Positions 36,467-45,099 of a stretch of DNA of 64,000 nt are shown in pieces (within the stretch, counting starts at the first letter, position 1; the number at the start of each line of letters is the position of its first letter). A model generated the notes under the pieces. The model was not told the origin of the DNA. It saw only the letters and a program-made list of their open reading frames with translations, and ran no database searches. Origin of the DNA: Thermoplasmata archaeon (lineage in GTDB: Archaea; Thermoplasmatota; Thermoplasmata; Lutacidiplasmatales; UBA184). The stretch covers positions 97,939 through 161,938 of the forward strand of contig JAKIWI010000004.1 in the NCBI GenBank assembly GCA_022750115.1, given 5' to 3'. The position numbers were made by a program, and so were the translations under genes.

Positions 36467-37798
36467 GTGGTGGGGAAGATGACCTCGGTGGGGGGCGACG
36501 TTTTCCTCGCCGACAGGGTCGAGTTCCCCGTGGACGAGGCCGAGGCGAAGGCCGCCGTCGCGTTCCTAGCGAAACACCGGGTTCGTGTTCTTCCGGCGGA
36601 ATCACTCGCGGAGGTCGCGCGCGAGCTCGCGAAGACCGGCTCCGAACCGGAAGGGGTCGCCCTGATCGCCCGCAAGGGCATCGTCTGGCTGGTCCGCATC
36701 GACGACGTTTCGCTCAAGGCGGCGCCGCTGCTGAAGCAAGAGCTCCTCGCGGTCGGGGGCGACGCGGCCCAGGCGCGGGGCATCGCCGACCATTCGGTCG
36801 ACCGCTCCGTCGTCGTGCTGGCGGCAACGGCGGGGGAGTACCAACGCGTCGTCGCCAAGTTGGACCGCCAGCCGTTCCATCTCGGCGACCTCGGACGGGC
36901 CGTCGAGCTCGCGATCCGGAACTACACGCACGCGGCGCCCCGGATCATCGGCGGGGCGCACCGCCGCCTGACCGTCGGAGACCGACCCAAGGTGATGGGG
37001 GTCGTCAACGTCACTCCGGATTCCTTCTCGGATGGCGGAGATTTCCTCTCGCCGGGCGACGCGATCGCCCGCGCCGAGGGGCTCGTGCGAGAGGGCGCGG
37101 ACGTCGTCGACATCGGTGCGGAGTCGACCCGGCCCGGCGCGTCGCCGACCTCTCCCGAGGTCGAGTGGTCCCGCCTCGCTCCGGTGCTCACCGCGCTCCA
37201 TGCTCGGCTGGACCGACCGATTTCGGTCGATACCCGCCACGCGGAGGTCGCCCGCCAGGCCGTCGATGCGGGCGCGGACTGGGTGAACGACGTCTCGGGA
37301 CTCCGCGACCCGGCGATGCGACGGGTCGTGGCGGACACGGGGGCGGCGGCCGTGGTGATGCACCTGCGCGGCGACCCGACGACGATGCAGTCGGACACCC
37401 ACTACGGCGAGCTCCGCGACGAGGTGTTCGGCTGGCTCGCGGACGCCACCGCGACGGCGATGGCGGACGGGATGGCGGCGGACCGCCTGCTGGTCGACCC
37501 GGGCCTCGGCTTCGGAAAGACGGCGGAGCAGAACTTCGAGCTGCTCGGGCACGTGGGCGAGCTCCGCTCGCTCGGATTCCCGGTCGTGGTCGGAGCATCC
37601 CGCAAATCGTTCCTCGGCGCGGTGTCCGGCACCGAGTCAGCGAAGGACCGGAAGGACGCGAGCGTCGCCGCGGCGGTCCTCGCGGCGATGCGCGGCGCCG
37701 AGATCGTGCGCGTCCACGACGTCCGCGAGACGGTGCGCGCGCTCAGCGTGGTCGACGCCGTCCGGAAGTCCGGACGGTCGGAATCCGTCCCGGACTAG
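36467..37798 (+). CDS. folP: dihydropteroate synthase with ~160-aa N-terminal extension domain
   Basis: 'MGVVNVTPDSFSDGG', 'DIGAESTRPG', 'SVDT', 'NDVSG', 'GLGFGK' pterin-binding motifs in residues ~170-443; N-terminal domain unassigned. Confidence 0.8.
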   Translation: MVGKMTSVGGDVFLADRVEFPVDEAEAKAAVAFLAKHRVRVLPAESLAEVARELAKTGSEPEGVALIARKGIVWLVRIDDVSLKAAPLLKQELLAVGGDAAQARGIADHSVDRSVVVLAATAGEYQRVVAKLDRQPFHLGDLGRAVELAIRNYTHAAPRIIGGAHRRLTVGDRPKVMGVVNVTPDSFSDGGDFLSPGDAIARAEGLVREGADVVDIGAESTRPGASPTSPEVEWSRLAPVLTALHARLDRPISVDTRHAEVARQAVDAGADWVNDVSGLRDPAMRRVVADTGAAAVVMHLRGDPTTMQSDTHYGELRDEVFGWLADATATAMADGMAADRLLVDPGLGFGKTAEQNFELLGHVGELRSLGFPVVVGASRKSFLGAVSGTESAKDRKDASVAAAVLAAMRGAEIVRVHDVRETVRALSVVDAVRKSGRSESVPD

Positions 37799-38010
37799 GC
37801 GTCCTTGCGCGCATCCGGGCCGGGCGCGTCGACCTCGAGGACCAACGAGCCGACGTAGTCGCAGTTCAGGCAGTGGTAGACCTGCCCGGTGATCAGCCCG
37901 GCCTCGAAGACCAGCCGGTCCGACTGGCACTGCGGGCAGAGCTTGACCTGCTTACGGAGGGGCCGGCGCTTCGTCGTCGTCCTCCTCGTCCGATTCCGCC
38001 GACGGCACCG
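37798..38010 (-). other. start-less zinc-ribbon ORF, out of frame behind gyrA (possible frameshifted C-terminal extension or recoded mini-gene)
   Basis: Stop-to-stop frame encodes '[58 protein letters not shown]' with no ATG/GTG/TTG before the CPQC motif; begins inside the (GAC/GAA)n acidic tail of gyrA. Confidence 0.35.
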
Positions 38011-40573
38011 TCACTTCGTCCGGCCCGTCGTCGTCCCCCTCGTGGGGGGGCGGGGATGCGTCCGCTCCGCCCGTCGGCGCTTCGCCCTTCTCCGCGCCGT
38101 TCCCGTCGAGGCCGGCCGGCAGGACCAGGGCGTCCTTCACCGTGTCGCCCTCATCCAGGCGCATCACCCGGACGCCCATCGTGTTGCGGCCCTGGGCGCG
38201 GATCCCGTGGACGGCCATCCGGATCGTGATCCCCCGCTGGGTCGTGACGAGGATCTCGTCGTCCTCGCCGACCGGGAGGACGGCGATGACGCCGCCGTTG
38301 CGCCCACCCGTGCGGATGGTCCGGACGCCCTTCGCCCCCCGGCGCGTCTCGCGGTAGTCCGTGGTCAGCGATCGCTTGCCGAACCCGGTCGAGGTGATCG
38401 TGAGGAGGAACGGCCGCTCGCCGCGGACGGGCGCCATCGTGACGACGTGGTCGCTCCCGTCCGTCTCGAGCCGGGCACCGATGACCCCGTAGGCGGCGCG
38501 TCCCATCTCGCGCACCTCGGTGATCGGGAACCGCACCAGCTGGCCCGCGTGCGTCGCGAGGATCATCTCCTTGTCCTCCGGGTCGACGAGCGCAACGTCG
38601 ACCAGCTCGTCGCCGTCGTCGAGGAGCACCGCCTGGATGCCGTTCGTCCGGATGTTCTGGAACATCTCGAGGCTGGTGCGCTTGACGATCCCCTTGCGGC
38701 TTCCGAACAGGATCCCGCCGGCTTGCTCCATGTCGCGGAGCGGCAGCAGCGTCTCGACTTTCTCCCCGTCCTTCAGCTTCGGCAGGAGGTTGATCACCGC
38801 CTTCCCTTTCGAGTGGCGGCTCCCTTCCGGGAGCTCGTAGGCCTTCAATCGGTAGACCCGGCCGAGGGTCGTGAAGAACAGCACGTTGTCGTGCGTCCGG
38901 GTGACGAACGTCTGGATGACGTAGTCCTCCTCCTTCGTCTCCATCTGGACGAGGCCGCGGCCACCGCGGCGTTGCCGCCGGTACTGCTCGAGCGGCAGGC
39001 GCTTGATGTAGCCGTCCCGGGTGACGAGCACGACGACGTCGGTGTCGGGGATCAGGTCCTCGAGCGTCCGCTCGGTGAACTCCGGGACGATCACCGTCCG
39101 GCGCGCGTCGCCGAACTTCTGCTTGAGCTCCTTCAGCTCGGCGTCGATGAGGAGGTCGAGCTCCTTCGGCGAGGCGAGCACCTCCTTGAGGCGCTTGATG
39201 AGCGCCTCCTTTTCCGCCGCCTCCTTCTGGACGGATTCCCGCTCGAGCGCCGTGAGGCGCGCGAGGCGCATGTCGAGGATCGCCTTCGCCTGCTCGACCG
39301 AGAGCAGGAACTTCCCCATCAGCGACTGCTCGGCCGCGGGCACGTCCTTCGAGCGCCGGATGATCCGGATCACCTCGTCGATGTGGTCGATCGCGGTGAG
39401 GAATCCTTCGAGGAGGTGGAGCCGTTCCGTCGCCTTGCGCAGATCGAACTCCGAGCGGCGCGTGAGGATGTGGCGGCGGTGGGCGAGGTGCGCTTCGAGG
39501 AGCGCCTTGAGCGAGAGCACCCTCGGCTGGCCGTCGACGATGCAGAGATTGATCACGCCGAAGCTGGTCTCGAGCGGCGTGTGCTCGTAGACCCGGTTGA
39601 GCACGATCTCGGCCGGGGCGTCGCGGCGCAGCTCGAGGACGACCGAGGTGCCGTGTCGGTCGGACTCGTCGCGGAGGTCGGTGATGCCATCGATCCGCTT
39701 GGTCTTGACGAGGTCGGCGATCAGCTGGAGCAGCGTCGCCTTGTTGACCTCGTAGGGGATCTCGGTGATCACGATCTCCGTGCGGCCATCGCGCTCGCGC
39801 GGCTCGGCCTTGCCGCGGAGGCGCAGCGTGCCACGGCCGGTCTCGTAGGCCTCGCGGATCCCGGTGGACGCGGCGAGGTAGCCTCCCGTCGGGAAGTCGG
39901 GGCCTGGGAGGACGGCCATCAGTTCGTCGAGGGTCGCCTGGGGGTTCCACAGGACGAGCGTGAGCGCGTCGACGACCTCGGAAAGGTTGTGCGGCGGCAT
40001 GTTCGTCGCCATGCCGACGGCGATCCCGGACGAGCCGTTGATCAGAAGGTTCGGGACCTTCGAGGGGAGGAGGAGCGGTTCCTTGAGCGAGCCATCGAAG
40101 TTGTCGCCCCAGCTGACGGTCTCCTTCTCGATGTCCTGGAGCATCTCTTCCGCGAGGAGCGAGAGGCGCGCCTCCGTGTACCGCATCGCGGCGGCGGTGT
40201 CGCCATCGATCGAGCCGAAGTTCCCCTGGCCGTCGATGAGCGGGTAGCGGAGCGAGAACGTCTGCGCCATCCGGACCAGCGCGTCGTAGACGGAGAGGTC
40301 GCCGTGCGGGTGGTACTTCCCGAGGACATCTCCGACCGTCCTCGCGGACTTTCGGAACGGCTTGTCGTGGGTCGCCCCCGACTCCCACATCGACCACAGG
40401 ATGCGGCGGTGGACCGGCTTCAGCCCGTCCTGGATGAACGGGAGCGCCCGGCCGATGATCACGCTCATCGCGTAATCGATGTACGATCGGTGCATCTCGC
40501 GCTCCACCGAGTGGTCGCGGACGCGTTCCACCGGGGGCGCGACGGGCGGCGCGCTTTCGGCGGGGCTCGTCAT
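37952..40573 (-). CDS. gyrA: DNA gyrase subunit A
   Basis: '[30 protein letters not shown]' catalytic-Tyr region; C-terminal beta-pinwheel; acidic tail '[11 protein letters not shown]'. ATG at 40573 overlaps the stop of the upstream DHH gene (ATGA). Confidence 0.9.
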   Translation of the reverse strand: MTSPAESAPPVAPPVERVRDHSVEREMHRSYIDYAMSVIIGRALPFIQDGLKPVHRRILWSMWESGATHDKPFRKSARTVGDVLGKYHPHGDLSVYDALVRMAQTFSLRYPLIDGQGNFGSIDGDTAAAMRYTEARLSLLAEEMLQDIEKETVSWGDNFDGSLKEPLLLPSKVPNLLINGSSGIAVGMATNMPPHNLSEVVDALTLVLWNPQATLDELMAVLPGPDFPTGGYLAASTGIREAYETGRGTLRLRGKAEPRERDGRTEIVITEIPYEVNKATLLQLIADLVKTKRIDGITDLRDESDRHGTSVVLELRRDAPAEIVLNRVYEHTPLETSFGVINLCIVDGQPRVLSLKALLEAHLAHRRHILTRRSEFDLRKATERLHLLEGFLTAIDHIDEVIRIIRRSKDVPAAEQSLMGKFLLSVEQAKAILDMRLARLTALERESVQKEAAEKEALIKRLKEVLASPKELDLLIDAELKELKQKFGDARRTVIVPEFTERTLEDLIPDTDVVVLVTRDGYIKRLPLEQYRRQRRGGRGLVQMETKEEDYVIQTFVTRTHDNVLFFTTLGRVYRLKAYELPEGSRHSKGKAVINLLPKLKDGEKVETLLPLRDMEQAGGILFGSRKGIVKRTSLEMFQNIRTNGIQAVLLDDGDELVDVALVDPEDKEMILATHAGQLVRFPITEVREMGRAAYGVIGARLETDGSDHVVTMAPVRGERPFLLTITSTGFGKRSLTTDYRETRRGAKGVRTIRTGGRNGGVIAVLPVGEDDEILVTTQRGITIRMAVHGIRAQGRNTMGVRVMRLDEGDTVKDALVLPAGLDGNGAEKGEAPTGGADASPPPHEGDDDGPDEVTVPSAESDEEDDDEAPAPP

Positions 40574-41964
40574 GCGGCGACCTCGGTTCGGGGGAGCTGC
40601 TCGGCGACGATCCGGTTCGTCTCCTCGAGGAATTTCGGTCGGCCCTCGGTCGGGATCGTGGCGCCGCTCGCGACCTTGTGGCCGCCGCCCTCCCCGCCCA
40701 CGGCAGAGGCGGCCGCTCGCAGGGCGACCGCGAGGTCGAGGCCCCGCGAGACGAGCCACGTCGTCCCGCGGCCGGACACCTTCCAGACCCCCTGGCCAGC
40801 GGAGAAAACGACGAGCGGTCGGGTCGGGTCGACGAGGTAATTCATCGCGAGGCCTGCCTGGGTCCCAGCGTACGTCGTCTCGGCGCTCTCGAACCACTGG
40901 ATGGCGGAGAGGGAGTTAACCCCCCCGTCCTCGACGCGCCGCATCCCCGTGAGGATCGCGGTCCGCCACGCGTTCTCCGCGCGCCGCGCCGCGTCCCATG
41001 CGCTCGGGTCGCCGAGCGCGAGCGCGATGCCCCGGCCCGGCTCGGCCGCGCGCCCGAGCGCGTTCTGCCAGTTGGAGAGCTCCTCGCCATCGACCCCGAG
41101 GGACGGGAGTCGGTAGCGCTCGCGTCGGAGGCTCTCGAGGAACTCCGGCCGAACCCCCTGCCGGACGAGCTTCGCGAGGAGCGCTTGGTGGAGGCGGCGC
41201 TCGCCGCCGGCATCGAGGCCGCTGGTCTCGTGCTTCGGGTCGAGGTCGATGCTCTGGAGGAAGGCGGTGACCGCCTCGGGGCGGCCCGAAAGCCCCTTGA
41301 CAAACGGGTCGATCGAGCGCGTCACGGCCTCGCCCAGGGTCGGTCCGAAGAGGGCGAGCCCGGGCCGCTTCTGGATCAGCGAGCGCTGGACCGCCTCGTT
41401 GACGAGCGTCGCGTTCAGCCCGGAGAACCCGCCGACGTGCTGACGGTCGGCGATGCCGCCGGAGAGACCCCACGGCGCGTTGTCCCAGTTGACCGGGTCG
41501 ACGAACACGCTGAACAACCAGCTGAGCGTCGCGGCGCACATCTCCCGCATGCCGTCGACGCCCCAGTCGACGGGGTTGACGAACGCGACATGGGCGGGAA
41601 GCTCCGGAGGTCGCGGGGCACCCTCGTACTGGTGGTGGTCGAGGACGATGACCGGGTGCGGGTGGGGAGGATACAGGTCAAGCCAGCTCGCCCCGGTGTC
41701 GACGACGATCACGGGTCCGTGGGTCCCCTGGAGGAGCGTGTGCATCCGCTCGCGCTCCACGCCCTGGAGCGGAGTGGCGTACGGCGGGTAGCCGAGGCGC
41801 TCGAGCATCCGGACGAGCGAGCACGCGCTCGCGATCCCATCGCCGTCGTAGTGGTAGATGACCCGCCAGCGGCCCGGGTGCGCCAGCAGGACCTCGCGGG
41901 CTTTCGTGAACTCCCGGCCGTACGCCGGGTCCGAGACGAAACCGTCGGGCCCCGAGGGCATCAC
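40570..41964 (-). CDS. DHH/DHHA1 phosphoesterase, archaeal RecJ-like (GAN/aRecJ family)
   Basis: '[16 protein letters not shown]' DHH motif, C-terminal '[13 protein letters not shown]' DHHA1; ATGA overlap with the rps15 stop. Confidence 0.75.
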   Translation of the reverse strand: MMPSGPDGFVSDPAYGREFTKAREVLLAHPGRWRVIYHYDGDGIASACSLVRMLERLGYPPYATPLQGVERERMHTLLQGTHGPVIVVDTGASWLDLYPPHPHPVIVLDHHQYEGAPRPPELPAHVAFVNPVDWGVDGMREMCAATLSWLFSVFVDPVNWDNAPWGLSGGIADRQHVGGFSGLNATLVNEAVQRSLIQKRPGLALFGPTLGEAVTRSIDPFVKGLSGRPEAVTAFLQSIDLDPKHETSGLDAGGERRLHQALLAKLVRQGVRPEFLESLRRERYRLPSLGVDGEELSNWQNALGRAAEPGRGIALALGDPSAWDAARRAENAWRTAILTGMRRVEDGGVNSLSAIQWFESAETTYAGTQAGLAMNYLVDPTRPLVVFSAGQGVWKVSGRGTTWLVSRGLDLAVALRAAASAVGGEGGGHKVASGATIPTEGRPKFLEETNRIVAEQLPRTEVAA

Positions 41965-42416
41965 TCCACCTGGAGCACCGCGCTGGCGGACGTGTACCGC
42001 CAGTCCTCCGGGAGGACCTTGTGGCGCTTGTAGTAGAGCGCGAGACGCCGGATCCGCGCCTCCATCAGGTTGAGCCCACGGCGGTTCGCGAGGTCCTTCT
42101 TGTGGACGCCGAGATGCCGTTGGAGGTGAACGACGCGCTTGAGGAGCGCCTGGAGATCCTCGGGGAGATCCGGCTTCACGCCCTGGCCGGCCAGGAGCGG
42201 GGTCATCCGCTCCCCGGTGACGGCGCGGACCGATGGGACGCCGTGCGAATCGCGGAGAATCATGCCGACCTGCGCGGACGGGATACCGGTCTTCGCGAGG
42301 CGGACCGCCTCCTCGATGACCTCGGTCTTGTCGAGGGTGGCGAACGCCGGGGGTCGGATCGGGTAGGGCTTGTGGGAGCCCGCGCGACCCTTCCGCCCGG
42401 AGTGAATTCGGGACAC
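41961..42416 (-). CDS. rps15: 30S ribosomal protein S15P/S13e
   Basis: 'SRIHSGRKGRAGSHKPY' N-term and S15 C-terminal helices; GTG at 42416 preferred (TATA ~25 bp upstream) over the listed 42428. Confidence 0.8.
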   Translation of the reverse strand: MSRIHSGRKGRAGSHKPYPIRPPAFATLDKTEVIEEAVRLAKTGIPSAQVGMILRDSHGVPSVRAVTGERMTPLLAGQGVKPDLPEDLQALLKRVVHLQRHLGVHKKDLANRRGLNLMEARIRRLALYYKRHKVLPEDWRYTSASAVLQVE

Positions 42417-42433
42417 GGGCGCGACCACCCGGG

Positions 42434-42448
42434 TGGCCTACTTAACGG
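42434..42448 (-). promoter_or_regulatory. TATA box for rps15
   Basis: Minus strand reads 'ccgTTAAGTAGGcc' ~25 bp upstream of GTG 42416. Confidence 0.45.
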
Positions 42449-42486
42449 TTGGCGGGAATGTGAAAACGACCCGCCGGTCGACGGTC

Positions 42487-42828
42487 TCAGCGGATGCGTT
42501 CCGCCGTCTGGATCGAGTCCACGAGGAACTTCTTTCCTTCGGGCGTGATCAGATACCGTTGGGCCGCGGCCCGTTGGCGCTGCCACGAATAATCGGGCAT
42601 CCCCGCGGCGGCGACCAGGCCATTGCGGAGCAGCAGGCCGAGGGCGAGCCCGACCTTCACCGAACCGTTATCGATCGCCCAGAAGTCGGAAAGTCGCCGC
42701 TCGATCTCCGGGAGTTCGAGCGATTGGTCGGCGAGCGCCCCCTCGTGGACCGTCTCGGCCTGGTTGAGCTGCTTCAGGATGGCGATCAAGGTCGCGCGGA
42801 CGGGGTCGTTCTTCGGCGCGCCGCTCAT
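42487..42828 (-). CDS. small conserved hypothetical protein (113 aa), paralog 1
   Basis: Shares 'IL..LK.LNQAE...LEL.E.ER..S.FW....ALLLL.NGLV....Y.W.R.R....RY..T..GK.FLV....ETERI' with the next ORF. Confidence 0.55.
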   Translation of the reverse strand: MSGAPKNDPVRATLIAILKQLNQAETVHEGALADQSLELPEIERRLSDFWAIDNGSVKVGLALGLLLRNGLVAAAGMPDYSWQRQRAAAQRYLITPEGKKFLVDSIQTAERIR

Positions 42829-42914
42829 CTCGGGAATTTACGCTGGGAAGGGGTACTTACAGTCATCGATTTCGTCTCCACGAAGTCGGCCCCCGGGAAA
42901 CTCCCCGGGACGAC

Positions 42915-43262
42915 TCAGGGGATCCGTTCCGTCTCCACGAGCTGGCGGACGAGGTAGGCCTTCCCGAGCGCCGTGAGCGTGTAGCGGGTCCCGAGCGTCC
43001 TCCGACGATCCCAGGCGTACTCCGGCTCGTCGTTCTCGCGAACGAGGCCGTTCTCGAGGAGGAGGCTGAGCGCCGTCTCGGCCGAGTCGTCCTCGCCCGG
43101 ATGCTGAGTCCAGAACGACCGCATCGACCGCTCTACCTCGACGAGTTCGAGACCCTCCACGGGGGGCGGACGCTCCTGTTCGGCCTGGTTGAGGCGCTTG
43201 AGAACCTCGAGTATCGTCTCGTGGAACCGGTAGGCCGCCTCTTCCGCGCTGACGACCCCCAT
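42915..43262 (-). CDS. small conserved hypothetical protein (115 aa from internal ATG), paralog 2
   Basis: Same motif pattern as 42487-42828. Listed ORF starts at GTG 43328; ATG at M23 gives a matching length. Confidence 0.5.
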   Translation of the reverse strand: MGVVSAEEAAYRFHETILEVLKRLNQAEQERPPPVEGLELVEVERSMRSFWTQHPGEDDSAETALSLLLENGLVRENDEPEYAWDRRRTLGTRYTLTALGKAYLVRQLVETERIP

Positions 43263-43413
43263 CCACCGACGGTACGGCCTTCTTCCAGAAAGAACCGACG
43301 TTGGACCGGGGGGCCGGTCCCAGCCCACAACTGACGGTTCTCTGGGGGGGCCGCCGACCCCAAACGCGCCCCGCGCGACGCCCGACGCGATGCGACGGGG
43401 AGCCGGACGTCGG

Positions 43414-43990
43414 CTACCGGGGTCGGTTCGTCGATTTCGTCCGGGGCCGGAACTCGTTCAGGATGCGTCGGACCATCGGCCGAACCGACCGGAGGGTCCC
43501 GAACCGGTCCGCGAGCGCAACGGCCCCCCCGAGCCATTCCACGGGGGCTCCCTCGTCGAGGTCCCTCCGGATGCGGAGCTCGTACCGACGACCGTGCTCC
43601 CCGCGGACGTGGGGTCGGGTGTAGTCGACGATGGAGGGTCTGGCAACGCGACCCTGGGGCGTGTCCTGGGAACCTTCGGTCGCCACGAACTCGTAGAACG
43701 CCTCACCGCCGAAGGGTGCCGGGCTCCGAACGTCGCGGACGATGGTCCGACCGCCCGCCCGGCGGAGGTGCCCGTTGGTGAAGTGCCCGGGGTTCGAGAG
43801 TACCTCGATTCCGGCGCCGCGCAGAAACTCGACTTCACCGTATTCGGCTTCGGAGAGAACGACGTCGACGTCCTTCGTTCCGCCGAACCCGGCGGTCTCG
43901 ATGGCCAGGCCCCGATCAGGATGGGTTGCTACCCTTCGGCCCGGGGGCGCGCGAGAATCAGTTTCGCATCCTCGGGGGAGGCCCCTGCCA
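43414..43990 (-). pseudogene. protein-like ORF without canonical start; possible degenerate metallophosphoesterase-like remnant
   Basis: About 190 codons of normal composition ('...AIETAGFGGTKDVDVVLSEAEYGEVEFLRGAGIEVLSNPGHFTNGH...') with no ATG/GTG/TTG until GTG at 43686; begins directly after the stop of the 43994-44563 gene. Confidence 0.3.
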
Positions 43991-43993
43991 TGT

Positions 43994-44563
43994 CTACGAA
44001 CCTCGGGAGAATGCCCGGGAGTCCTCCACGGCGAGCGCGGCTGCGGAAAGGGGCTCGATTCCGGGGACTTTCGGAATCCCCGGAGCGAACTCGTCGAGCC
44101 GGACCCCGTAGGCTCGCCCCTCGAGGTCCTCGGCGAGGACTCGCTTCAGGAGGCGAATCGGGTCCAGGTCCCGTCGGTGACCGGAAGCGACACGGCGGGC
44201 GCCGAGCGCATCGATGGACAGCAGAGCGACGATCAGGTCCTCGAGCTTCGGGTCCCGAGCCGCCTCGATATCGGCCATCGGAAGGAGACGGTACGTCGTC
44301 TCGATCAAAGGGACAATCTGCTTCGGGGTCAGCAGCCGGGCCCGGAAGGAGAGTGGGTATCCGAGTTTCTCGATTCGTTCGGATTCGAGGAGGGAGATTG
44401 GAAGGCCGACCCGGCGAGCGGTCTCGACGTCCGTTCTCGAGCGGATCCGAACCGAGCGATACCGAGTCGGAGGTCGGTGCGAAACCCGGGATTCCGCGAT
44501 GAAGATCGACGGTGTCGCCGCTCGTGATCCCGGCTCCCGCCGGAACACTCCCTCGACGAACAT
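43994..44563 (-). CDS. hypothetical protein (189 aa)
   Basis: Genuine ATG at 44561-44563 with an AT-rich TATA-like block ~30 bp upstream (divergent promoter region 44564-44602); protein-like C-terminal two-thirds. Confidence 0.45.
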   Translation of the reverse strand: MFVEGVFRREPGSRAATPSIFIAESRVSHRPPTRYRSVRIRSRTDVETARRVGLPISLLESERIEKLGYPLSFRARLLTPKQIVPLIETTYRLLPMADIEAARDPKLEDLIVALLSIDALGARRVASGHRRDLDPIRLLKRVLAEDLEGRAYGVRLDEFAPGIPKVPGIEPLSAAALAVEDSRAFSRGS

Positions 44564-44602
44564 GCGCCCAGCGTTGCTCCCCTTTGGACCGAGAGTAACT
44601 AT
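44564..44602. promoter_or_regulatory. AT-rich divergent promoter block between the 43994-44563 gene and the 44603-45088 gene
   Basis: 'ttggaccgagagTAACTATATGAactt' is the only AT-rich stretch for hundreds of bp; both flanking genes start at its edges. Confidence 0.4.
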
Positions 44603-45088
44603 ATGAACTTAGCCGGACACTCCAAGAGGATTTCGTCCGAGTCGACGCCCGGCGTACGCCGAGTCTCCCCCGGCGATCTCGGCGGGGTCGCGTGGATGGC
44701 CACGGGCAAGGAACCTGCCGCAAACACGGAGCCGCTCCGAGACGAGACGCTTTATTCACGGCGCTTCGTCGTGGAAGGGATGGCGTGCACGTGCCGGTCG
44801 CCGGCCCGTTGCTCGGTGTGCAACACACCGGTCCGTGTCCCGCTCACCTACCTGGAGAGCGCGACCGGGGGGGCACTCATCGTCGACCGGTTCGCTCGGC
44901 GCGACTCGGCGACGAGCCGCGACGCGCTCTACCGGCTCATGCAGGGGTTCTGCCCGTGTCCCAGTTGCGGGAACACGATTCACCACAACCATAGCCGCAG
45001 TTGCGTTTCGAACGCCCTATCCGCCGCGGGCGTTCCGTCCCAGGAGCGCGAGATGATCCTCGCCAAGATCACCTTCCCGGAAGGGTGA
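44603..45088 (+). CDS. Cys-rich hypothetical protein (putative metal-binding), upstream of trpS
   Basis: 'CTCRSPARCSVCNTP' and 'CPCPSCGNTIHHNHSRSC' clusters; may start at the internal ATG (M32, ~44696); stop 11 nt before the trpS GTG. Confidence 0.45.
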   Translation: MNLAGHSKRISSESTPGVRRVSPGDLGGVAWMATGKEPAANTEPLRDETLYSRRFVVEGMACTCRSPARCSVCNTPVRVPLTYLESATGGALIVDRFARRDSATSRDALYRLMQGFCPCPSCGNTIHHNHSRSCVSNALSAAGVPSQEREMILAKITFPEG

Positions 45089-45099
45089 CGGGACCGTCC

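Noticed and set aside
37889-40840. 983-aa plus-strand ORF antisense to gyrA
   Set aside because: Low-complexity D/E/R/V-rich antisense shadow; gyrA on the opposite strand is unambiguous.
43390-44502. 370-aa plus-strand ORF across the 43.4-44.5 kb region
   Set aside because: Arg/Gly/Pro-rich low-complexity translation; more likely the antisense shadow of the minus-strand coding frames there.
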